In this document: in pieces, positions 25,701 to 37,700 of the stretch
Numbering within the stretch: the stretch's first letter is position 1
Layout of the letters: each line of letters starts with the position of its first letter
Assembly (NCBI GenBank): GCA_964016885.1
Contig: OZ024759.1
Location: 6,324,001 to 6,388,000, forward strand
Direction: 5' to 3'
DNA from: Eledone cirrhosa
Taxonomy: Eukaryota
Length of the DNA: 64,000 bases
Notes under the pieces: model-generated
What the model saw: the letters and a program-made list of their open reading frames with translations, nothing else
Database searches by the model: none
What the model was told of the DNA's origin: nothing
Program-made: the position numbers and the translations under genes

Positions 25701-28700
25701 AGTTTTTTTTTTAATAAAATAAAAATAATGAGATGACATGCCATTTTTAAACAATCGTTAAATGCTTGAATAAACAAGTCTATAATGTGACACCTGTCAA
25801 AGATGTTTCACTTTCTACCTGACCTTTCATAATGAGGTACGGGAGAGCTTTAAAGTCAACCTACCTGACTTTTATAATGAGATACAGGTGAGTCTTACAG
25901 AATCAATTTAAATATTTGATCAGTCTTTGAATTGTCATTCTCAGGTGTAAATAAACAGCTTGTCTCTCTCTCTTCTTTGTATCAGCCTTTCTTAATTTAT
26001 CTCTCTCTCTTCACTTCCTGTTTTGTTGTTAAACACTCTGCCTGTCTATGTGACGATGTAACTATCTATCTATCTACCTTGCATTCAGTCATGAACGCTG
26101 CGTTCATAACTAGAAGTGGTGGAGAGGCGGTAAGAGTGTTAAGCTCGCAGTCACCTCCTCTCACCACCTCATTGAAAGACATCGAAAATGTCGTCAGTTT
26201 TGAAAACACGATGTCGGACGTTGATTGTAACATCAACACTAACACAAACACCAATAACATGCAAAATATAAGCAACACCAACCAGAACAACAACAACAAC
26301 AAAAATGACAACAAGAACAACAACAGCAACAATGATAACAACAACACCACCAACAACAACAGCAACACGAACAACTCCATGAACAAGGAAAAGATTTCCT
26401 TTGCTCAAACCGTCCAAAAGACGGAACTGTTCACATACCTTGACATTTCCAATGCTAGGGAAATGTTAAGCAATGCAAAACAGTACGTAACTTTTGGTGA
26501 GAGTGGTGCTTTCAGCATCACTTCTCCTCAACAGTTACGCAGAGAAGCTGTTCTAAAAACAGTAATTTTTAGGACGGTTTCAAATGTGTCAAAAAAACCA
26601 GTTCAATTATCCCAAAACGATATTGAACTGGTTCTGAAGAATTCCATGAAGGATATTGCCTTCATCCAAAAAGGGAAACTTTTTGGAAGCATTTCGGTGT
26701 TGTTGAAAGACCAATTGACAGCACAAAAATATTCTGTATCGCCAATTGTGCCCCCCCCCCCCCCCCCTTACACCTTTTTCCCCACATATATGGGAAAAAG
26801 AACACAAAAAATAAAAGTTTTGAACATTGCACCAAATGTAAACGTCTGGTGGATTCTAACTGGCTTCATCGATTTCGACGAAGACACCATCATTTCGGTG
26901 GGAAAGTCCTCCAGAGGCACATTCAATGGTACAAGCATGGAAGTTCTGGTCCAAATGAGGCCAAAATGGATAGCTAAAATACCCCAACGTGTGCCTCTGG
27001 ATGGAATTTCACACATTTCTGTTGAGGGTAGGCAGCCTTCATGTTACCACTGTTTAAGCAGTGGTCACCTGAAGGCTTACTGTCCTCAGTTAACTACAAA
27101 AAAAAAAGAGGCACTACTGCCAACACCCAAAACAACAACACAACCACCACCATCACCACAACAACACGCAAACACAACCAAAACAAGAACAACAAACCAA
27201 CCTGCAAGCACAGTCCCACCCAGCTCCACTCCACCTAAAACCACTGCAAAAACACCCACAAACACAACAGCTCCCCAAAACATACCCCTTCCAAATAACA
27301 CAGACACCACAACGGACGAGGCCCCCACATCATCACCAAGTGACGATGAGGGAGAGCCTCTCCGTTCGAAAAGAAAGAAGAAAAGACACCACAAGAACAA
27401 AAAAACAACAAACATCACTACAAACATACAACCACCAACACAAACAACACAAACATTACAAACAAAAACCCCCCCGTCCCGAAAACAAAACCACGACATC
27501 ACTCCAAACACAAACACCTACAACAAAACGAAAGCTCCCACAAGAACAACGGACAAAAACCACCGCAACACAACAAGAACATTACACATACATAAACAGT
27601 AAAAACAAAACTTTAATGGAGGTCATATCCAACGACCCTTCGGTGAAAACCAAAGGGAAAACTTTTTCGAACTGTGTAGACAAACCTAATTTAAAGATGA
27701 TTAGGGTCCCTACGGACACCTATAAGTCTTTAAAGGAAAACTTTCCTAAGGACGTGGGTAATCCTTGTGTTAAACCCATTAACCGCGTCCTTTTAAAAAG
27801 TTTCCCCACCCTCACCTCAGACACCCCCACCCCACCACCCACCCAGACAACCCCTCTAACACCCCCATGGAAACCATGCGGCCTGATCCCTGGGAGACGA
27901 AGAGGTGAGTGTTTTCTTCTCTTTTAACTTTTCAGAACCAACATGGCCAATATAAGAGTTGGATGTGTGAATGTACGCGGCCTGGGGATGCCCTGGAAAC
28001 AGGGCAAACTCTTAAACGACGCACAGTATGGATGTAGTAGTCATTTGCGAGTCCAGGATCCACAGCGAGCGACAGTTGGCCCCCATCTTCGATGACTTTG
28101 AGATCTACGCATCTCTCTGTCGGCCGAGGGGTGGGGGCGGGGTTGTCGTTTTGCTGCGGAAACACCTGGGCCTCGTAACACAGACGGCACATCTGGACCC
28201 GGAGGGTCGACTGGTGGTCCTAGACGTTGACGGTAGTGAAGGTGGAGCCTTCAGGCTGGTGGCCGCATATGCCCCATCCGGGACACCGCGGCCAGACTTC
28301 TTCAAATGTCTAGAGACTTTTCTGGGATCGTCCCGCTCCTTGCTTTTAGTGGGGGACTGGATGCACGTTGGGACTATGTGGGAGCATGTCCCGATAAAGG
28401 GGGGTGTAATAGCCTCAAGCAGTTAATCGGCCGATTTGACCTGGCCGATAGATATCGACTAGATTTTCCGATTGTGCCACTGTGGACGTGGACTAATCGC
28501 AGCGGAACATCTAGATCGTACCTAGATAGGGTTCTAGTTAGAAATAAGGATAGGGACATGTTAAGCTGTCCACAAATGTTCATGGTTGCCTATTCAGATC
28601 ACAAACTAGTGACCTGCATGGTCAACCTTGATAGAACCCATAGACAAGGACCCGGCTACTGGAAGGTGAACTTGTCGTTACCGACATGCAAAGCCTACAG

Positions 28701-31700
28701 TAAACGGATTAACACTTTAGTAAAACAGCACTTGACAGGGGCCATTGTCAACAACAGATGGTGGTACTCTCTCAAGAGGGCAGTTAGATTAGACTCGTTA
28801 GTTTTTAGTAAAGAATTAGCGTTAGATAGAAATAGAACTGAGAAGGAACTGGTAGATAAAGTAGAAGAGGCAATTAGAAGTGGCAACGTAGCCAGCGTGC
28901 TAGCAATGAGAACGGCCTTGGACCAGTTCTTCGACGCAAAGCACGAGGGCTGCATTGTCAGAAGCAAAATACGTGCTCTGGGAAACGAGGGAGCCAAAGC
29001 TGTTAGCTGGGCCCGAGTGACGGAGGCAAAAAGTGGCAACAAGTCCACGATTCAGTCTTTGAAGGACCAAAACGGACGCGTGATACGTGAGCCGAAGCAG
29101 ATGTGTGCGGCCTTTCAGTGGCACTTTGCTCAGCTGTTCGGGCAGGGTGGCGCGCCGGGAGGGATATGGATTTTGGTCCATACCTCGACGGCCTACCGCG
29201 ACTCTCGGACAGCAAGGCGAAGTTCTGCGAAAAGCCAATTTCGGCCGCTGAGATAGGGGACGCGTTAGGCCAATGCGGCAAACGCAAATCTCCAGGTCTC
29301 GACGGTCTACCCTACGAATTTTACATAGCAATGCCGGACTTATTCTCTGGTCCCCTGGAAGCGGTCTACTGCAACTGGCAACAAAACGGGAGAATTCCCA
29401 GTTATGTGACCGGGGGCGTAGTCACACTAGTCAGGAAGGACGAGAATAAGGGGGATGACATAGGCAACTTCCGGCCCATAACTCTGCTAAACACAGAGTT
29501 ACAGATTTTGGCCAAGGTGTTGGCAAAGAGGCTGGCGCTTGTCGTCGAGAACCTGGTGGGAGAAGCGCAGACATGCGCAATCCCGACCAGGTCCATACAC
29601 GACAACCTCCACCTCATGCGATACATCATAGAGAGGGTAGGGTGTAAACCCGGCTTCGGTGGGGCCCTGATCAACTTGGATCAGTCTAAGGCTTTCGATA
29701 GGGTTGACCATCGTTACCTGGATGCGGTGCTCGAGGCGGCACACTTTGGATCCGTGTTCAGGGGCTGGATTGCTACAATGCACAACAGCAACATCTGCTC
29801 AAAGGTTAAGGTGAATGGCTACCTCTTGGAGCCGTTCCATATCACACGATCCATCCGACAGGGATGCCCTCTCTCCTCCCTTCTGTACGTACTGACTCTC
29901 GAGCCACTACTGCGGAAGTTGGAGCTATTGCAGGGCATCCCTCTGTAACCGGGACTGCGGAAAGCGGCGTCGGCCTAGGCCGACGACATGACAGTAATGG
30001 TGTCGAGCGCCTCGCAAATCAAGCAAGTCGGCACCTTACTGAACGAATACAAAAGGTTCACAGGAGCGAAGCTGAACCGGGACAAGTCCATCGGTTTGCA
30101 ACTCGGATCGTGGAGAGGCAAACCGATGCCTTCCGATGGCGTCGTCGGACGCTGGAAGGAAGGACCAGTAAAGCTGCTCGGGGTCTGGTTTGGTCCGGAC
30201 CTCCAGGTGGAGAAGAACTGGAACGAGGTGTTGGCCAAGGTGTTTGCACTCACCCAGAAGTGGGCCGAATGCAAACTATCCTTGAAAGGTCGAGCGGAGG
30301 TGGCGAACACTTTTATAGCGTCCGCCATCTATTACTGCTTGACCGTCGTGCCTTGTCCAGCCAAAACGCTCGCCAAAATGGAGCGCGCGCTCTTCTAATT
30401 CCTTTGGAAGAGGCGGGCTCCTTTGGTGAGAAGATCCATCTGCTGCCAACACCCTTCCAGCGGAGGGCTGGGGATGCCGTGGCTGACGATGCGCAAACAC
30501 GCGCTCAGGCTGCGGCATCTCTACGTATTCCTCACTGGACAACCGGTGTGGGCCCCGTTTGTGAGACGAGCCTTCCCACGACTCGTCTCGCTGACCGAGG
30601 AAAATGGGCGACTGGCACATCGAATGTACTCAGGCGCTTACAGCCCTCTGCCAGGCGGACCCGGCGATCAGTGGAGATGCCACTTCGTCATTCTATAGAG
30701 GGTTGATCCGCAGCAAGTGTGACGACGTGCTCGGTGAAACTCTAGGCGTAGAGGAAGACGAACTGGCCAGTCTGTTCGGTAGGACCTTCCGCCCGGGACC
30801 GATGGACAACTTCCAAAAGTCCCTGGCCTGGCAGTGCTACCGAGGAGCTCTACCAGTTTGAGACAAGCTCTACAGACATGGGCGCCCGGGCAGGGACCCT
30901 GCCATAAAGATCTGTCCAAGGTGTGTGCGAGACGAAGAAACCGTCACGCACGCATTCATACACTGCCCGGGCGTCACCGACCTGTGGGGCTATGTAGAAC
31001 GACTATTGTTGTGGGTGGGACCAATCCGGTTGACCACCGAGTCCATTGTCATGATCAAACCGCCACCCTCCTTCAAAAACGAAGGAGAGGCGGTTTTCTT
31101 TTGTGTGATAGCTATGGTGAAAAGGTTGTATGGTGGACAAGGTTGAAAGGGCTGAGGTCAGACACCTTTCTCTCCGGCCAACAACTGATTCTTTTTTTCA
31201 AATACCACTTTGGAAGAAGAATCAGGATGGAGAGAGAAAGGTGCTGTACCCCAGCAAGTTTTATGAAAGGTGGGTGAAAGTGGCGAGAATGGCCCGAGTG
31301 AATGGGCCTTCTCTCTATATCAGCCTGTAGGTTGAGGAAAAAGAGGAGGAGAGGAAAGGAGCACAAACTCTTCGTACTCCTGGAGATGAGGGTTGCACAT
31401 TTTTTTTCGGGGGTATGTGTTACCCATATGAAATGTCTCCCCCTATTGGGGAAAAATCGACTAATTTTTAAATTGCATTTGTGATAATATTTTACACGTT
31501 TTTATTGTATGTAAATTTCCCCCTTTGTATTTGTCCCCTTCTTTTGTGCCCCTGTGGCTAATAAAGAAACATATCTATGTAACCATGTGACTATCTATCT
31601 ATCTATACAATTTCAGGCCCATAACTCTGCTCAACACAGAGTTAAAGATTTTGGCCAAGGTGTTAGCAACGAGGCTGGCGCTTGTCGTCGAGAACCTGGT

Positions 31701-34700
31701 AGGGGAAGCGCAAATGTGTGCAATCCCGACCAGGTCCATACACGACAACCTCCACCTCATGCGATTCATCATAGAGAGGGTAGGGTGTAAACCTGGCTTC
31801 GGTGAGGCTCTGATCAATTTAGATCAGTCTAAGGCAGGATCGACCATCAATACTTGGAATCAGTTCTCAAGGCGGCCGGCTTCGGTCCCGTCTTCAGAGG
31901 CTGGATCGCTGCCATGCACACCAGCATCTGCTCGGCAGTCAAGGTGAATGGCTACCTATCAGAGCCATTCCAAATCATGCATTCCATCCGTCAGGGGTGC
32001 CCTCTCTCCTCTATTCTGTATGTGCTGACTCTCGAGCCATTATTGCGGAAGTTGGAGCTGTTGCAGGGCATCCCGATCGAACCAGGACTGCGGAAAGCAG
32101 CGTCAGCTTATGCCGACGACATTACCATAATGGTGTCGAAAACCTCGGAAATCGGGGAATTTTGGCAACCTATTACAGGAATATGAAACGTTGACAGGAG
32201 CAAGACTAAACCCAAACAAGTCTGTCGGTTTGCAACTCAGCACATGGAGAGGCAAACCCATGCCTTCCGACTGTGTCGTTGGACGCTGGATGGAGGGTGG
32301 ACAAGAACTGGAACAAGGTCACGGTGAAGGTGTTTGCACTCACCCAGAAGTGGGCTGAGTGCAAACTCTCCTTGAAAGGACAAGCGGAAGTGGCGAACAC
32401 TTACATAACGTCCGTCATCTACTACCGCTTGACAGTCGTGCTTTGCCCCCGGAACGCCTACTCTTCAAGTTCCTCTGGAAGAAACAGGCTCCATTGGTGA
32501 GGAGATCCATCTGCTGTCAACACCCTTCTAACGGAGGGCTGGGCATGCCGTGGCTGATGATGTGCAAACATGCACTGAGGCTACACCATCTCCAAATATT
32601 CCTGACCGGTGAACCGGTGTGGCTGTCGTTTGTGAGACAAGCTTTTCCAGAACTCGTCTCGCTAACAGAGCTGCAGTCCTGGGTCAAGCGAAGACCGAAA
32701 ATGGGTGCCTGGCACCTCGAGTGCCTACAGGCGCTCACAGCCCTCTACCAAGTGGAAACGGCAATCAGCGGAGACTCTACAAAGACATTCTATAGGGGAT
32801 TAGTGGAGGATAAGTGCGACAACGTTCTCGGGGAATCTCTAGGCATCGAGGAGGACGAACTGACCAGTCTGTTCGGGAGGACTTTCCGTCCAGGGCCTAT
32901 GGATAACTTCCAGAGGTCTCTGGCCTGGCAGTGCTACCGAGGAGCTCTACCAGTTCGAGACAAAATCTACAGGCACGGACACCCTGGCAGAGATCCTACC
33001 AAAAGGACCTGTCCAAGATGCGAGCAGGACATCGAAACCATTCTGCATGCAATTGTTCAGTACCCAGGGGTGACCGACCTGTGGAATTATGTTGAACAGC
33101 TGCTGTCACGTGTGGGATGCATCCAGTTGTCAGCCGAGTCCATCGTGAGGTTTACCACGCCGCCTTCATTTAAGAGTGAAGGAGAGGCGGTCTTCCTCTG
33201 TCTGGTGGCTATGGCGAAAGAGGTAATATGGTGGACGAGGTTAAAAGGACTGCGAGCAAACACCTTTCTCTCCGGACAACTCATCCCCTTCTTTAAGTAC
33301 CACTTCAGAAGGAAGGTGAGAGTGGAGAGAGAGGTGCTACACCCCAGTAAATTCGCTGAAAGGTGGGTGAATGTGGTGAAAATGGCCCGAGTGAATGGGC
33401 CTTCTCTGTATATAAACCTGTAGGTTGAGGAAGATAAACAGAGGGAAGACAGGAACACCTACAAAACGTGTTCCTGGTGTTGAGGGTTGTTCTATCCACG
33501 GGGCGTAAAACAACCCTGCAGTAATGTTCCCCCCTATTGGGGATTTCAATTGTTATTTTATTATATATAGTTTATTGTTATTTATTAATGTCAAAGTTAT
33601 ATGATTTTTATGTAAAACCCCCGCTGTCACGTCTTGTAATGTCCCATTTTTGTACACCCCTGTGGCAAATAAAGAAAGATATCTATCTAAAGATATCTAT
33701 CTATAAATGCAGCTATGTATCAGTGTAACTATCATCATCATCATACGTCCACTTTTCCCTGCTTGCAAGGGTGGGATGGGTCCTCTTCAGCACAGCATCT
33801 CTCTATTTGTCACGGTCCTTCTTCATCTCCTCTATTTATGTATTCATCATCATCATCGTTTTATGTCCATTTTTCCACGGTATCATGGGTCAGACAAGTT
33901 GTCCTGTTGTGGGCAATGCTAGGTCAGGTGACCATGTCTTGCTCATACAGAACTGATTTTGGCTTGGTTTCTACAGCTGGAGGCCCTTCCTAATGCCAAC
34001 CTCATTTACAGTGTGGGCTGGGTGTTTTTTGTCGTGACATCTACACAACCATCTTACAGTGTGCACTGGGTGTTTTTTGTAATGACACCTACACAACCAT
34101 CTTACAGTGTGGGCTGGGTGTTTTTTGTCATGACACCTACACAACCATCTTACAGTGTGGGCTGGGTGTTTTTTGTAGTGACACCTACACAACCATCTTA
34201 CAGTGTGGGCTGGGTGCTTTTTGTAGTGACACCTACACAACCATCTTACAGTGTGGGCTGGGTGCTTTTTGTAGTGACACCTACACAACCATCTTACAGT
34301 GTGCGCTGGGTGCTTTTTGTAGTGACACCTACACAACCATCTTACAGTGTGCGCTGGGTGCTTTTTGTAGTGACACCTACACAACCATCTTACAGTGTGC
34401 GCTGGGTGCTTTTTGTAGTGACACCTACACAACCATCTTACAGTGTGCGCTGGGTGCTTTTTGTAGTGACACCTACACAACCATCTTACAGTGTGCGCTG
34501 GGTGCTTTTTGTAGTGACACCTACACAACCATCTTACAGTGTGGACTGGGTGCTTTTTGTAGTGACACCTACACAACCATCTTACAGTGTGGGCTGGGTG
34601 TTTTTTGTAGTGACACCTACACAACCATCTACCTCTACAATTCCCCATACATCCCCCCACCCAGGTTCTCAATCCATATTATAAAGTGACCACCCTGGAG

Positions 34701-37700
34701 CCACGACAATAAGCCCCAGCCCACACTGTAAATGTGGTTGGCGTTAGGAAGGGCATCATGCCGTAGAAACCAAGCCAAAATCAGTTGTGTATGAGCAAGA
34801 AAAGCTGCCAGATAAAAGATGAGGAAGACCAAGGAAGACATGGTTGGAAATGATGGCGGAGTGAATGAAAACCAGGGTTGTTGGTGAGGAGGAAGAGAGC
34901 AGCCGATAGGGAAAAATAGGGAAGTTTATCACAGTTCTTTCCGCAAGACTAACCCCTGCTTTAACCCTTTACATTACTCTTTATATACTATTGTATTTTC
35001 ATGGTAAAGGCTTTACCTCACATAATATCGAATCTATGAGATTTTGGTATTATTTATTTTGAGAACAATAACTTAACATAAGTATGAGTGGCTGGTTATG
35101 GCTGGTTTGAACAGAAAGGGGCGAGAGAATTCTGGCCAGATACGGTTGGTTAAAATGCTAAAGGGTTAAACCTGTTGTTGATAGTTGTAATCTAAAGACT
35201 TAGCAGCACCTGAAGATCGTTATAGAAAGGTATTTTTACCTGTACATTTTGTAGAATGTTATTAACCAGCATGACACGGCGCCGGGCATTGCTCAATTTC
35301 TTTACATAAGGTTCAAGATCAACCGGTACCTGCTGACTGTCAGAGATCTTCTTTAAGTCTGAAATACAATGAAGATAATGGTTAGTGTAGTAGTAGTTGT
35401 TGTGTCTAAAATATAATGAAGATAGTGGTACAATAGTTGTTATTCTTGTCGTTGTTGTCTTTAAGTGTGAAATACAAGATAGAACTGAAGAGATGGTGAC
35501 ATGATGGAGATTTGGCTGCTACTTTTAGCAGGTCAAGTAATTTCTACTGCAAGCATTAACCCTTTACATTACACTATATATACTATTGAATTTTTGTGGT
35601 AAAGGCTTTATCTCACATAATATCGAATCAATACCATAACATCAATATGAGCGGCTTGTTACAGCCAGTTTGAACAGAAAGAGGTGAGAGAACTCTGGGC
35701 GGATATGGCTGGTTTAACTTGTCGACTGCTACATATATTTTACATGGAGTTACTAGTTTATTGATCTCACATTTGTCAATCAAAATAGTCATTTTGCTGG
35801 GGAAAAAAATCCAGCACAGCAACTGTAGCTACAGTTGCTGTGCTGGGTTTTTTTCCCTAACAAAATGACTATTTTGATTGACAAATGTGACATCAATAAA
35901 CTAGTAACTCCATCTAGCTTTGAAGTTATGAACTGTTGGAAAGGAGTTCCTAACTTTGAAGATATGAACTGCTGGAAAGGAGTTTATAACTTTGAAGATA
36001 TGAACTGCTGGAAAGGAGTTTATAACTTTGAAGTTATGAACTGTTGGAAAGGAGTTCAAATATGTTAGATCGAATTATCTTGTCTGTGACACTGAAGAGG
36101 TTATGAAAAGATAACTTACCAATTGCCAGGCTGTCAATCTGTTGACGGAGTTCGACTTGACTCTCTCTATTAGAAACAAAAATACAATATATATATATAT
36201 ACAGATTAGAAAGAAATGAAGCTTGCATGCTCCGATGGATGTGTAATAGTAATGTACGCGAAAGGTGAAGCATAAACGGATTAAGAGAGAGACTAAGCAT
36301 AAGAGGTATCAAATGTTGTGTTCTGGAAAGGAGATTGTGTTGGTATGGCCATGTGATGCATATGAAGGACCTTGCTCACCTACACCTCTCTAAGACAATA
36401 ACACTGGATCGAGACCTTTGGCGCCATGCAGTTGTACAGAAGACCCGACTGTCATTGCATACAAACCTACAGTCAGTAGGCACCTCTTAACCCAATATAC
36501 ACTCCACCCCCACACCCTACCCCATCTTCCTTTCCCGTTCCGTCCACTGTGTCGATGACATAACAATCTGCACTGTAAGGTGGCCGTGTAGGAGACACGG
36601 TGAAAAGGCTCCCAGTCCACACTGTAAAGATGGTTGGTGTTAGGAAGGGCATCCAGCTGTAGAAATCAAGCCAGAATCAGTTCCTGTATGAGCAAGGCAT
36701 GGTCAGCCGACCAAACACTGCCCACAACAGGACAACCCGTCTAACCCATGCTAGCGTGGAAGAACGGACGTAAAACGGTGATGATGATGATGATGATGAT
36801 TACTGGTACTTTATTTTATCGACCCCGTAAGGATGAAAGGCAAAGTTAACCTCGGCGGGATTTAAACTCAGAATGGCAAGGGCCGTAACTCTATGCGTCA
36901 AAGCATGGCGTCCGACCCTCAACCGATACTGCCAATCCACCGCCATTTTATATATATATATATATATATAATATTATTCAAAATATTAATAAATGAGAAA
37001 TATCATAACCAAAGTATATATTACATTATACATATTTCATTATACATATATTTCATTATACATATATTTTATTATACACTAGCAGTGGTACCCGGCGTTG
37101 CACGGGATAAGGTATTTTGTAACGCGGGCTGCCAATAGACCTAAAAACTGCATGCCTGGACAATATGTAAAGAAAATAAACCGAATACTCTGATAATCTT
37201 TAAGATTTTCCTCGATGAAGCAGGAAAAATGCAGGTTTTCACCTAGGGGATCAAGAAAATTAATTTTTTTATGTGCATAATATGCTTTGAAATTTGGGGA
37301 AAAGCGGCTAGACGTAACGCCTCCAAAAATCCCCAAGAAGCTGAAAAAATGAAGTTTTTCACCTAATGCGGGCCCTAGGAGATAAAAAAAAGTTGAAACA
37401 AGTAATACACATGTAAAGTTTGAAAAAGATCGGTTGGGTACTTGTCGAGTTTTAGGGATTCAAACTCTCTCTCACACACACACACACACGCGCGCGCGCA
37501 CACACACACACACACGCGCGCACGCACACACACATCCTCAAGGAAGTGACGTAATGCAGACAGATATTATAAGGGCGCGACGTTATAAGTATGTATCTAT
37601 CTAAAAAGAGAAAGACTAAGAATTATAGAGCGAGATCGCTAAATCGCCTAATGTGGTCCCTGGGACATAGAAAATTCGAAATTCTTTTTGCTCAGAACAC

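Larger units (their letters stand above)
26077..31574 (+). mobile_element. Near full-length Tx1/L1-group non-LTR retrotransposon (antisense in SNAPIN intron 3)
   Basis: ORF1 with CCHC knuckle; ORF2 with APE, RT and C-terminal CCHC; T-rich 3' UTR with AATAAA; flanked by a 31-bp near-direct repeat ending in (CTAT)n. Confidence 0.93.

Noticed and set aside
25932-26090. N-terminal extension of Tx1 ORF1 in the ORF track
   Set aside because: Begins at TTG upstream of the element boundary and target repeat; the first ATG is 26091.
33959-34684. 241-aa and 233-aa repeat ORFs (Cys/His-rich on minus)
   Set aside because: A 48-bp multiple-of-3 minisatellite derived from a LINE UTR inside an intron.
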